In this document: positions 9,876 through 19,024 of the stretch, one piece after another | How the letters are laid out: each line of letters starts with the position of its first letter | Numbering within the stretch: position 1 is the first letter of the stretch | Source: Nitrososphaerota archaeon | GTDB taxonomy: Archaea > Thermoproteota > EX4484-205 > JAAOZP01 | Length of the DNA stretch: 64,000 bases | Assembly (NCBI GenBank): GCA_011605725.1 | Contig: JAAOZP010000017.1 | Span: 32,001 to 96,000, forward strand | Direction of reading: 5' to 3' | Made by a program: the position numbers and the translations under genes | Notes under the pieces: generated by a model | What the model saw: only the letters and a program-made list of their open reading frames with translations | Databases searched by the model: none | What the model was told of the DNA's origin: nothing

Positions 9876-10321
9876 GCCTCTTTAAACCATCGGCCTAAGC
9901 CGCCTTCCGTCTTTCTAACCCTGAATTGCTCAGCCTCCTTAAGAACCTCCTTGTAATGAGGATATTTAATTCTACTTATAGCTTCTTCTAAGCCTAGCCA
10001 TTCGAAGCCCTCGTGCTCCCAAGATATTGAAACATTTTTCTCCAAGGCTTCTCCTAGAAATAGGACTAGGGTTTTGCTGACGAGTGTACCGTCATCCCTC
10101 CTATAATAGTAGTTTAAAACTTTTCTGAAGCCAGGTATGACCCTAATTTTATCTATCCCGCTTTCCTCCTTCAATTCTCTCAAGGCTGCCGCGAGTTCAT
10201 CCTCGCCCTCCTCTATATTGCCCTTTGGAAAATCAAGCCTGCCTCCGATTTTTAGAAACAAGTATTTCACTTCACCGTTTTCCTTAGTAAAAACTATGAA
10301 GCCGGCGGACTTCTCTTTCAT
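9872..10321 (-). CDS. NUDIX hydrolase (Ap4A hydrolase-like)
   Basis: Nudix box PKGNIEEGEDELAAALRELKEESG; EKSAG start and SWEH motif typical of Ap4A hydrolases. ATG at 10321 preferred. Confidence 0.88.
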   Translation of the reverse strand: MKEKSAGFIVFTKENGEVKYLFLKIGGRLDFPKGNIEEGEDELAAALRELKEESGIDKIRVIPGFRKVLNYYYRRDDGTLVSKTLVLFLGEALEKNVSISWEHEGFEWLGLEEAISRIKYPHYKEVLKEAEQFRVRKTEGGLGRWFKEA

Positions 10322-10416
10322 CCGAGAGCTGGACAATAAGCTTTAACCCCGGTTTCTCTTTATAAGTTTTTTCGGGAAAAGCTTATTTTTAACGCCCGCA
10401 ACATGTAGAATGATGA

Positions 10417-10866
10417 GTGATGGAGAAGGAAGAGCTTTTAAAAATGCTCAACCATGCGCTTGAACTCGAGCACGCGGCTTATGTGCAGTACCTCAGTCAC
10501 GCTGAGCTGATAGACGGTGAGAACGCTGAACAATTAATAGCGAGGCTTAAGGAGATAGCAAACGATGAGAAAACCCATCAGGAGAAGTTCAGGTCTCTAA
10601 TAGGCATGCTTGGTGGAACGCCCAGCATGAGTATTGCAGAAACCCATCCGGCTAAAACAGTTAGGGAAATACTTGAGCAGAATCTGAAGGATGAGAAAGA
10701 GGCTGTCGACACGTACAGGAAGATATATGAAGCGGTTGTCAGAGGAAGGGGAAGAGGATATTATGATATGCTTCTTGAACATGAAATAAGACACATAATG
10801 ATGGATGAGCAGGAGCACATAACTGAGCTGGAACTATTGCTCGGAAAGTCAGGCGAAAGCTATTAA
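10417..10866 (+). CDS. Ferritin-like di-iron protein (bacterioferritin/rubrerythrin-like)
   Basis: Two E...ExxH sets (ELE..DEKTH; EKE..DEQEH) in a four-helix bundle pattern. Confidence 0.85.
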   Translation: MMEKEELLKMLNHALELEHAAYVQYLSHAELIDGENAEQLIARLKEIANDEKTHQEKFRSLIGMLGGTPSMSIAETHPAKTVREILEQNLKDEKEAVDTYRKIYEAVVRGRGRGYYDMLLEHEIRHIMMDEQEHITELELLLGKSGESY

Positions 10867-10879
10867 ACTCTTTAAAAAA

Positions 10880-11833
10880 CTACCGGAATATCCAGTTAGG
10901 GTTTGCTTCTTTCTCCTCAACCAAACTTCTCAACGCTTCCCTATCTGTAATTTCTTTAACTGGTTTCATCAGCGCTTCCTCCTCTTCCGGAGACATGGAG
11001 AAGTTTGCCAAGTATGTCTTCCCGTTCAAGTATCTTAAACGACCCCTAACTTTTTCACCTATCCTTTTGTCAACCTCCTTAAAGTCCTCAGGCGACAGCC
11101 TAAGCCCTTCCCAAGGTTTTAAACCCATTACGAAACCCCAGTCGTCGCAGAAGCTTTTAACATAAACATGCAGAGGAACGGAGGCTCCAAAAACCCTTCT
11201 AACAGTCCAGAATATTCTTCTAAACTGGCTGCTCTGAAACGCGGTTGCCTGAGTAATAAAGGATCCGCCTGGCTTAAGAGCATTATGAACCATCCTGTAA
11301 AACTCTATGGAGTATAGTAGAACTGAAGGCCCTCCCTCCACGGGGTCAGTCAAATCTATCACTATTGAATCATAATAATTCTTTTTGCGCGATATGAATT
11401 TCCTAGCGTCAGTATAGTGAATTCTAACTCTCCGGCTTTTCAACGACCCCTTGTTTAAACGTTGAAGATATTTTTCAGAGACTTCAACAACTCTTCTATC
11501 TATGTCTACAAGATCCACTTGCTCAACATCCCTGTATTTTAAAACTTCTCTAAGCGCGCAGCCATCTCCTCCCCCCAGTATGGCGATACGCCTCCTGTTT
11601 TCAGCGTTCAGAAGCGGTGTGTGAACAAGCGTCTCGTGATACCTGTATTCATCGTATTCAGCAACCTGAATAAGGCCGTCCAGCACCAAGCATAATCCGA
11701 ATTCAGGTGACTCCACTAGTTCTAAGGTTTGAAACCTTGTTCTCTCAGCAAGCAAAATCCTGCTTACTCTGAAGAGAAAGTAATTGTTGAAAAGGTCGAG
11801 TGTTAAGTATCTTGCTCTAGTTAACCTGGACAT
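10880..11833 (-). CDS. speE: Polyamine aminopropyltransferase (spermidine synthase family)
   Basis: LVLDGLIQ, YHETLVH, ILGGGDG, IDLTDP motifs. Confidence 0.93.
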   Translation of the reverse strand: MSRLTRARYLTLDLFNNYFLFRVSRILLAERTRFQTLELVESPEFGLCLVLDGLIQVAEYDEYRYHETLVHTPLLNAENRRRIAILGGGDGCALREVLKYRDVEQVDLVDIDRRVVEVSEKYLQRLNKGSLKSRRVRIHYTDARKFISRKKNYYDSIVIDLTDPVEGGPSVLLYSIEFYRMVHNALKPGGSFITQATAFQSSQFRRIFWTVRRVFGASVPLHVYVKSFCDDWGFVMGLKPWEGLRLSPEDFKEVDKRIGEKVRGRLRYLNGKTYLANFSMSPEEEEALMKPVKEITDREALRSLVEEKEANPNWIFR

Positions 11834-12206
11834 GTTCTAACACTCCTCGCCTAAGCTCCCTGTACCGTACTTTTTTAGCTTTCAGAGCCCTGGTTATGTG
11901 TCTGAGAGCTAGCTTCGGCATGCTTCTCTTCCCACATGTGAATATATCTATGGCTGCATAGCCGTACTCCGGCCATGTGTGAATAGCTATGTGAGACTCC
12001 GCTATAACCACAACTCCGGAAACACCCTGGGGAGTAAACTTATGGAAACTGCAATCTATTATCCGTGTCTTGGCTTTTTCAGCAGCTTCCATCACTGTTT
12101 TCCTAACATATTCTAAGTCATCTAGCAGTTCTTCATCGCAATAGTATAGCTCCGCTATTATTTGCTCACCTAAACACATTATTCCACTCATTTCTGATTT
12201 TTTCAA
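11817..12206 (-). CDS. speD: Pyruvoyl-dependent S-adenosylmethionine decarboxylase proenzyme
   Basis: GVSGVVVIAESHIAIHTWPEYGYAAIDIFTCG with the E/SH cleavage site; overlaps speE. Confidence 0.9.
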   Translation of the reverse strand: MKKSEMSGIMCLGEQIIAELYYCDEELLDDLEYVRKTVMEAAEKAKTRIIDCSFHKFTPQGVSGVVVIAESHIAIHTWPEYGYAAIDIFTCGKRSMPKLALRHITRALKAKKVRYRELRRGVLEHVQVN

Positions 12207-12578
12207 AATAGTGTATACTAAAACGATTTAAATTTTACGGTTTAAGCGTCAAAAATAAGGTTAAAATGTTTTTTCTTGGAAAAAAACGATTTTAAGTAGA
12301 AATTATAATTGAATGTTGAACAATACCTGACTTAGTCTTTTTTTCGGCTTCAAAAAGCATTTTTCTTCTGTTTTTTTAATTTTAAAACGCTTAACACGTT
12401 TTTTCAAGTCTCATTTTCCAGCATAGTATGTGGAAGACGGCCGGGGAAAACGCTGGAACCATGGCTGCGCAGGCCGTGTTAAAACCCTTGCGTCTAAGAA
12501 TCATTCCGTCAGCACACAGCCTTGTCCATCAAATAATGGACCGGGCGGGGTGAGCCCTCATGCTGCAAACCGTGAACC

Positions 12579-13541
12579 TCAGTAGGAGGATTTTAAAAGC
12601 AGGTCTAAATACCTGTAGCCACCGTCCGGCAGGACTGTAACAATATTTCCACCTTTAAAGTCTCCAGCCGCTTTCAAACAGGCTGAAACATTCGCCCCCG
12701 AAGATACTCCGCACAGCAAACCCTCGATCCTAGCAAGCTGAAGAGTTGTCTGAACAGCCTCTTCATCGCTCACCAGCATGACCTTGTCGACAAGACCCAG
12801 GTTATCCTGAAGGATTTTTGAGACAAAACCCTCTCCAATGCCTTCTATTATATGCGGTATCCCGGTTATCTTTGAAGTACTTATACCGTAAAACATGTTG
12901 TATAGCGCCGGGGAATTCTCAGGCTCGACTGCGATTAAACGCACATCTGGATACTTTTCCCTCAAGGCCTTTCCGACCCCTATAAGCGTCCCGCCGGTTC
13001 CTACTCCTGCGATAAAGGCGTCTATCTTCTCATCCAGTTGCCCGAGGATCTCTCTACCCGTACCCTCATAATGAGCCTTAACATTATCCTCGTTTGAGAA
13101 CTGGTTGACTAGGAAGCCATTAGTCTTTTCAGCTATTTCCTTAGCCTTTCTAACTACGCCCTCCATACCCTCCCTCTCAGGAACTAAAACTATCTTAGCG
13201 TTTAACGCATGCATCATCTGCCGCTTAGCCTTAGCAGTGGTATCCGGCATTACTAAGACAGCGCTGTAGCCTTTAACTGCTGCAACCATCGCGACAGATA
13301 TTCCTGTGTTTCCGCTAGTAGCCTCAACTATGATGGAGCCTGGTTTAAGAAGACCCTTCTCCTCCGCGGAGTTAATTATTTGCAGCGCAACCCTATCCTT
13401 TATGCTTCCCGTCGGGTTTAGGAACTCCAGTTTTGCAAAAATATTTGCTCCTGCTTTTTTCGAGATGCTGCTTAATCTTACTAAAGGGGTTTTTCCTATT
13501 GCACCAAGGACGTTGGGAACTTTCATATCCCGATCAGACAT
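12579..13541 (-). CDS. cysK: Cysteine synthase (PLP-dependent, CysK/CysM family)
   Basis: NPTGSIKDR PLP lysine, EATSGNTG, GVGTGGT, IEGIG. Confidence 0.9.
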   Translation of the reverse strand: MSDRDMKVPNVLGAIGKTPLVRLSSISKKAGANIFAKLEFLNPTGSIKDRVALQIINSAEEKGLLKPGSIIVEATSGNTGISVAMVAAVKGYSAVLVMPDTTAKAKRQMMHALNAKIVLVPEREGMEGVVRKAKEIAEKTNGFLVNQFSNEDNVKAHYEGTGREILGQLDEKIDAFIAGVGTGGTLIGVGKALREKYPDVRLIAVEPENSPALYNMFYGISTSKITGIPHIIEGIGEGFVSKILQDNLGLVDKVMLVSDEEAVQTTLQLARIEGLLCGVSSGANVSACLKAAGDFKGGNIVTVLPDGGYRYLDLLLKSSY

Positions 13542-13695
13542 GGCTTAGACTGGCTTATCAGCTTATAAACTCTAAGTGTAAAGCCTTTCTGATCCTTGAC
13601 TGATTATGAGAATGCATAGAGGTTTATGAAAAAGCAATTAGGAGGCTTCATAGCCAAAAACATGGGAAAAACATTGTTAACAGAATACCGGGCTA

Positions 13696-14214
13696 TTAAG
13701 ATAGGCGTGCCGTCCCCCTGAATATGGTTAGCATCCTGCCGGCTTCATCATTTAAAGCGCCCGTTCCTCTGACAGCATATAGGCCACCGCCCATCCAGAA
13801 GTACTTTATGTGAAGCGCCAGAGTTATCGAGCGCCCGTCGCAGCTAAGTCTAAGTAGGATAACATTCCTCTCGAGAAGTATGACGCCTTCCGCTTTATCA
13901 ACGCTGTAACTATTCTCGCCGATCTTAATTGTTCCCGTAACTGATTTAACGGGGATAAGATTCTTCCGTTTAACGCCAAGCTCAAGAGTCAAGTCCATAG
14001 TGAGCCTCATCCTTTCATTCTTCTCGTCTATTTTTCTTACAGTCACTCCATTCACATGAATAGAAACCTTTGAGTTTGAGCTCATTGAAGATACTTCTCC
14101 ATCAGGTTCCCCGACGATGTTTAGCGGCAACATAGCTAAAACTACTATCGCCAATAGGCTCATTAACAGCGTCTTTTTGAATTTCTCTATGTTTCTCATC
14201 TTCACCACCTCCAT
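13696..14214 (-). CDS. Hypothetical secreted/membrane-anchored beta-rich protein
   Basis: Basic N-terminus plus hydrophobic signal; GGAGGTG SD suggests a start near MRNIEK; beta-strand-rich body. Confidence 0.7.
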   Translation of the reverse strand: MEVVKMRNIEKFKKTLLMSLLAIVVLAMLPLNIVGEPDGEVSSMSSNSKVSIHVNGVTVRKIDEKNERMRLTMDLTLELGVKRKNLIPVKSVTGTIKIGENSYSVDKAEGVILLERNVILLRLSCDGRSITLALHIKYFWMGGGLYAVRGTGALNDEAGRMLTIFRGTARLS

Positions 14215-14251
14215 CTAGAAATGTTTTAACCCTGCTTTTTATATCTGAGGC

Positions 14252-14303
14252 ATGATTCGTATGGATGATTCGTCCATAAACTTTAAAAATATTGATGAAT
14301 CAA
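14252..14303. promoter_or_regulatory. Candidate operator between divergent promoters
   Basis: Imperfect palindrome TATGGATG-ATT-CGTCCATA (14260-14278), direct repeat ATGATTCGT x2, and TTGAT-GA-ATCAA (14292-14303), all in the divergent promoter region. Confidence 0.45.
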
Positions 14304-14317
14304 CATTTTAGACAATC

Positions 14318-14947
14318 TTGGACGGCTTACTGTTCCTATCCATTCTTACGGAGCCGGTGTGCGCAGTAATCAGCTTCATAATAAGTTATTATGCGTATAA
14401 GGGTTATAGAATATCGTCTGCCAGTAAACTTTTTCTACTGCATCTAGGGTTTTTATTGCTGGGTGTAAGCCTGCTGCTCCGCTTTATAACATTCGGCTTT
14501 CTCATCGCGTTGCGAATATCAGAACCATTGTTTCAAGCTTTAAGATCAAAAGTTCTTCTCGGAGGAATAGTTTTCTCCTCCCTTCAGCTGATTGCTTACG
14601 TTCTCTTCTCCGTATCGTACACCTCAAAGGCAGAATCATTCCAAGAGAATGGAAAAAATCTAGCTATTCTTCCAGGCATATACATCATCTTCTTCAACCC
14701 TCTTTTAGAACTTATCTCTCTCACTATACTCGGCTACGTTTTGGCCCGTGCTTTAATACTCTTCATTTATAAAACTGAAGGAAACTCCCTTCTAGTCCTA
14801 CTGGGTTTCACCTGTTTCTTCATAAGCCACCTTTTCTTCCTCTTCGCGACATTAGGTGAAGCACTTGTTTTCCTCGGCCAGATGATACAGCTCCTCGGCT
14901 ACATATTCTTTTTAATAATGTTGACACGGGTGGCCAGGTCGGTTTGA
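14318..14947 (+). CDS. Multi-pass membrane protein (about 6 TM, internal duplication)
   Basis: Hydrophobic throughout; repeated LGF...LQL(I/L)(A/G)Y pattern; stop overlaps the wHTH start. Confidence 0.75.
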   Translation: MDGLLFLSILTEPVCAVISFIISYYAYKGYRISSASKLFLLHLGFLLLGVSLLLRFITFGFLIALRISEPLFQALRSKVLLGGIVFSSLQLIAYVLFSVSYTSKAESFQENGKNLAILPGIYIIFFNPLLELISLTILGYVLARALILFIYKTEGNSLLVLLGFTCFFISHLFFLFATLGEALVFLGQMIQLLGYIFFLIMLTRVARSV

Positions 14948-15231
14948 CTGCTCCAAAGGAGTATCGTTCAAAGGCACGCATATACTTCGACATACTGAAT
15001 CAAATAGCCGAGGAAGGTGGTAGAGCTGGACCCACACGTATTCTTTACGGTGCAAACCTGTCGCATGACCGTCTGACTAAACACTTGGCCCAGCTTATCA
15101 ACCTAGGGTTAATCGTTGAGGAAAAGGAGGAGGACAGGGTGTTCTACTCTTTAACTGAGAAAGGAATGGCTTTTATCCAAGAGTTTCGCCGGATACAGGC
15201 TTTCGCCAAAGCCTTTGGAATACCTATTTGA
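14944..15231 (+). CDS. Archaeal winged helix-turn-helix transcriptional regulator
   Basis: YRSKARIYFDIL...TRILYGANLS...YSLTEKG pattern. Confidence 0.88.
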   Translation: MTAPKEYRSKARIYFDILNQIAEEGGRAGPTRILYGANLSHDRLTKHLAQLINLGLIVEEKEEDRVFYSLTEKGMAFIQEFRRIQAFAKAFGIPI

Positions 15232-15352
15232 AAAACCTTCACAATGCCTTTAGCAGCCAGCAATAAACAGTTAAACAGAGTTCAGAATCAATCTTCTCGG
15301 CTTCAAGCATGGAAAGATTTATGAGTGTAAGCAGGAGATTATAATACTGGTA

Positions 15353-16141
15353 ATGGAGACAATCGCCAAGATTAACGAGCCGCTTCACGGTTATGTTCAG
15401 GAGATAGCGTTAATCCCTGTGAATAAGCTTAAGGTTATAGAGGTTCAGAGAAAACCATCTGCTCCACATGTTAAGAGGCTTAAAAGCTCGATTAAGAAGA
15501 TAGGCTTCACCATACCGCTGATAGTTGTCAGAAGAGGGGAGGATAACATAATAATCGACGGTCAGCACAGGTTTCTGGCAGCGAAGGAGCTTGGGATAAA
15601 AGAATTGCCTGCGATAATAATACCGGAGAAGTATGCGCACAACCTGATGGAGCTTAACGTTGAGAAGCAGATGTCGCTGAGGGAGAGGGCTTACGTTGCG
15701 CTCAATGTCTACAGGATGTATTTGAATGAAAACCCGTCTATGAAGGAGGACGATGGGAGAATAATGGATTCTATAGAGTACGCGTACTACGTTACTCTTG
15801 GAGTAGCTTATGAGAAGAAGCCTAGGGTATCGGGATCGCCCTACGAGCCATTATTGAAGAAAGTGGACGGTTTTCTCTCGAAGCCGCTGAAAGACGCTTT
15901 TGTCGAAAGAGAGAGGAGGGCGGGAATCATAATAGAGACCGATGATTTAACCAGGGATGTTGTAAAGAAAGTCAAAGAATTGGGGGTTGAACACGAGTTC
16001 CTGTACAACGAGGTCGTTTCTTTCTGCAACCCTATGAAGAGGAAGAAGAAGGTTTCGCAGAGCTTCGACAACATTTTCAGCGCGCTGCAGAAGAACTTGA
16101 AGGACCTAGCTCAAAACCCTGAGAAAATTTTAAGGAAGTAG
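15353..16141 (+). CDS. ParB/sulfiredoxin N-terminal domain protein
   Basis: LKSSIKKIGFTIPLIV...IIIDGQHRFLAAKELG ParB-N motif followed by a helical C-terminal region. Confidence 0.82.
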   Translation: METIAKINEPLHGYVQEIALIPVNKLKVIEVQRKPSAPHVKRLKSSIKKIGFTIPLIVVRRGEDNIIIDGQHRFLAAKELGIKELPAIIIPEKYAHNLMELNVEKQMSLRERAYVALNVYRMYLNENPSMKEDDGRIMDSIEYAYYVTLGVAYEKKPRVSGSPYEPLLKKVDGFLSKPLKDAFVERERRAGIIIETDDLTRDVVKKVKELGVEHEFLYNEVVSFCNPMKRKKKVSQSFDNIFSALQKNLKDLAQNPEKILRK

Positions 16142-16159
16142 CGTAAATAAGGCTCACGG

Positions 16160-16990
16160 CTACGGTTTGGTGATCATTCTCACTGTAGCTAGCAGCAAAA
16201 TGGTGCCCAACAACAGTTTCAGAAGATCTTCGCTTACAGCGGTTGCGAGGCTGGCTCCAATATACGAGCCTAGGACTGAGGCGGAGCCCATCGTTAACCC
16301 GACGGCAACACCATAATTATTCAAGTGGCCTATGCGCCAGTGCTTCATGAAGCCGGCTAATATGGTCGGGATGGAAACCAGCAGGCTTACTGTCCCCGCT
16401 ATTTTAACTGGGAGTCCAAATAAGTAAATAAGGGCGGGAATTCTATACTCTCCTCCTGCAACTCCCAGCAGGCCTGAAACAATCCCGATTAGAAGGCCGA
16501 TGAGTATCGAGAGGCCGATTTCAATCAGGTACGGGAATGAGATGCTTGAAATTGGCCATTCCACCAACGGGTCTAGAATCATCCTCAGTCCTGCTGCAAT
16601 CAAAAGTGCTATTAGAGACTTCCTTAACAGGCTTTCATTTATCCTTCCAGACAGGCGTGCGCCAATATACCCGCCTAAGATTGAGCCGGGAGACATGAAT
16701 AGTGCGATGGCGGTTACCTCTGGGTTGATCAGGCCGCCCCAATACCTTATGGTAAACGAGACGGAGACTGTTAAGAGCCCGATCAACAGGTTTGTAACTA
16801 TTGAGAGCAGAACTGGTAAATCCAGAAGGTGGAGCAGGACGGGTATTCTGAACTCTCCTCCCCCCACGCCCAGTAGCCCGGATGCTAAACCAATTGAAAA
16901 ACCAGAGAATGCGCAAATAAGGAGTTTACCCGTTTTGAATCCGTGAGCCAAGCTTTTTAGAGTGCCGTACACCATTCTTAGTGCTCCCAC
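16160..16990 (-). CDS. TauE/SafE family (sulfite exporter) membrane protein
   Basis: Duplicated SGLLGV(G/A)GGE motifs. Confidence 0.88.
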   Translation of the reverse strand: MGALRMVYGTLKSLAHGFKTGKLLICAFSGFSIGLASGLLGVGGGEFRIPVLLHLLDLPVLLSIVTNLLIGLLTVSVSFTIRYWGGLINPEVTAIALFMSPGSILGGYIGARLSGRINESLLRKSLIALLIAAGLRMILDPLVEWPISSISFPYLIEIGLSILIGLLIGIVSGLLGVAGGEYRIPALIYLFGLPVKIAGTVSLLVSIPTILAGFMKHWRIGHLNNYGVAVGLTMGSASVLGSYIGASLATAVSEDLLKLLLGTILLLATVRMITKP

Positions 16991-17032
16991 AGATCTATTG
17001 CGTATTTAAATCTGTGACGCACGTTGCCGGTT

Positions 17033-17533
17033 TTACTCTACGACCATCCTTTCCGAAACGGTTGTAAAAACGTTCTTAGAATAGTGTAAGACCGGTTGAA
17101 AGTCGAGTTTTTCAACATGCTCCTCTAAAACCTTTCCCACGACGAGCCAATGGTCTCCAAACTCCTTGAACAGCTCCACTCTACACTCCAGCTGGACCGG
17201 CATGTTTCTCACGAGCGGTGGCTTAACAGCCTTAGCCATTCTTGTCTCCAACCCAAGTAGGGTGAACTTGTCAACCTCTCTCCCAGATTTCGTGCCGCAC
17301 GCCCAAACCCTATTAATCATCTCCATCGGAGGAATGGCTAATACGAATTCTCCAACTTCCCTCAGGTTTTCAAAGGTCTTCCTCCTAGGGGAGACTGCAA
17401 ATGCAACATACTTTGGCTCAAAGCTTATGGGCATTAGGAATGAGAAGGCAGCGATATTCGGTTTTCCTTGACGGTCGCAGGTGATCACGAGACCAGTTAC
17501 CCTTGGGAATATGATTTCGCTAATCCTAGTCAT
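17033..17533 (-). CDS. Flavin reductase family protein
   Basis: PISFEP, T.ENL...GEF, GTKSGREVDKF, LECRV, GDH. Confidence 0.9.
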   Translation of the reverse strand: MTRISEIIFPRVTGLVITCDRQGKPNIAAFSFLMPISFEPKYVAFAVSPRRKTFENLREVGEFVLAIPPMEMINRVWACGTKSGREVDKFTLLGLETRMAKAVKPPLVRNMPVQLECRVELFKEFGDHWLVVGKVLEEHVEKLDFQPVLHYSKNVFTTVSERMVVE

Positions 17534-17633
17534 ATTTAAGACTAGGAAAGCTGGACTGTTAAATTTTTCACTGAATAATGCTTTAGGAACGGCATTTGCT
17601 CGACCAACCCTGTTGGTGGGTTAGGCAAGCTGA

Positions 17634-18275
17634 CTACCTGCCTTCCAGAATCTCCCTTATCCTTCTCAGCTCGGCTAGTATCTGCTGATCCACCCCTACT
17701 TGCGGAGCTGTTTCCACACCGGCTTCAACAGCCACTGGCCTAAGACTCCTAACCATGTCTAGAATGAAGCTCCTCACCTCTTCGACGTTCTTAATGCCTT
17801 GGAGAACCGCTTCCGCAACCCCGTAGCCGCCTCCGGTAGCAACATGATACCCGGCTGTTTGAACACGAAGCTCCCATAGGCCTAAGACTCTGGAGACAGG
17901 CCCCTGCCGAATGTCGACGTTAGTTATACGGTTGTAAGGCACTATGCTCTTCTGCTTCCACCACACCCCCTTCTCAACAATTATTTCGCTCTCAGTAAAA
18001 GTGTAGGACAAGCATTGGTAATACAGGTTTATCCAAATAATCGAGGGGATAAGTATTAGGAGGAATACGATTGTGAGGATGAACACGACTGTCGTGAGAA
18101 CCTCTAGGCCAAGAGTGAGAGGGGAGAGCATTATTAAGATGCTTATGAGGCATAGTGGAAAGACGAGGACTAGTGTTAAACCGATTAGAAGGTAGATGTA
18201 TTGAAGCTTCTTGAAAGACGGGCCCGGCTTAAACCTTTCACCAACTCTAACATTCATGCACGTTACTTGTTTCAA
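17634..18275 (-). CDS. Membrane protein with bacterial PH (bPH_2) domain
   Basis: Two TM helices, then GVWWKQKSIVPYNRITNVDIRQGPVSRVLGL..LRVQTAG. Confidence 0.85.
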   Translation of the reverse strand: MKQVTCMNVRVGERFKPGPSFKKLQYIYLLIGLTLVLVFPLCLISILIMLSPLTLGLEVLTTVVFILTIVFLLILIPSIIWINLYYQCLSYTFTESEIIVEKGVWWKQKSIVPYNRITNVDIRQGPVSRVLGLWELRVQTAGYHVATGGGYGVAEAVLQGIKNVEEVRSFILDMVRSLRPVAVEAGVETAPQVGVDQQILAELRRIREILEGR

Positions 18276-18478
18276 CAGCAGTATCTACGTATATAAGACT
18301 TTTCCAGCGATTTGCAACAGGTTTTGAAAAAGCTATTTTTCCCGCTCGCCCCGCGGAAAGATGCGAGAAAGCATTATGGAGCGGCTGAGTGCAGCCTGCG
18401 AAAAACACGGTTCAGCTTCCCATGCTGAAGGCAAGCCTCGGGAGCTATGGTCTTCCAATATTTCCCAGGAAAACCGTT

Positions 18479-18985
18479 TTATTGTTGGGCCTCTACCTCT
18501 CTGAAACCGTTCTCCACATACTGGAGGCCTCTCCGAAGCATTTTGAAAACCTTCTTTCCGGCCTCGACACCTGTTTCACTCACAAAGCCCCTCTTTATCA
18601 GTATGCTCATGTACTGCCTGGGGTTTTCAAGCCCGCTTAGCCTAGCCTCCTCCTTAAACTTCTCCACATCCTCGTAAGTAAAATCTCTTTTCTCAACCAT
18701 GTACAGGTAGTAGCCGATCAACAGTATCTTCTCATAGCCCTTCAGCATATCCGGCTCCCTGCCAATCCTTTTAGCCTCTTCGGCGAGAAACTCGGTGAAG
18801 GTGATGCCCTGAGGCGGAGGCTGCGGCTCAATTACTCTAGCAGGCTCAAGCTTCTCCTGGAGAAACTCGTTCTTAAGCCTGTCGAAAGTAGTCTCTACAA
18901 ACTCCCTGCTGCCCCAGACCTCCACTTCAACGTCCCTCTTCCTAACCCTCACACCGTATTCCGGTTCACCGTTTTGCATATTCAA
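18479..18985 (-). CDS. Hypothetical protein (small N-terminal domain + probable C-terminal winged helix)
   Basis: Normal codon usage; Pro-rich linker; C-terminal LIKRGFV...FKMLRRGLQYVE wHTH-like ending. Confidence 0.65.
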   Translation of the reverse strand: MNMQNGEPEYGVRVRKRDVEVEVWGSREFVETTFDRLKNEFLQEKLEPARVIEPQPPPQGITFTEFLAEEAKRIGREPDMLKGYEKILLIGYYLYMVEKRDFTYEDVEKFKEEARLSGLENPRQYMSILIKRGFVSETGVEAGKKVFKMLRRGLQYVENGFREVEAQQ

Positions 18986-19024
18986 GCCGGGGAAGCATGT
19001 TTCTCAAAGAAATATAAGGCTTTC

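Noticed and set aside
12420-12578. Possible SAM or polyamine riboswitch upstream of speD
   Set aside because: Only a short GTCCAT/ATGGAC hairpin, no riboswitch consensus, and it is separated from speD by an AT-rich promoter region.
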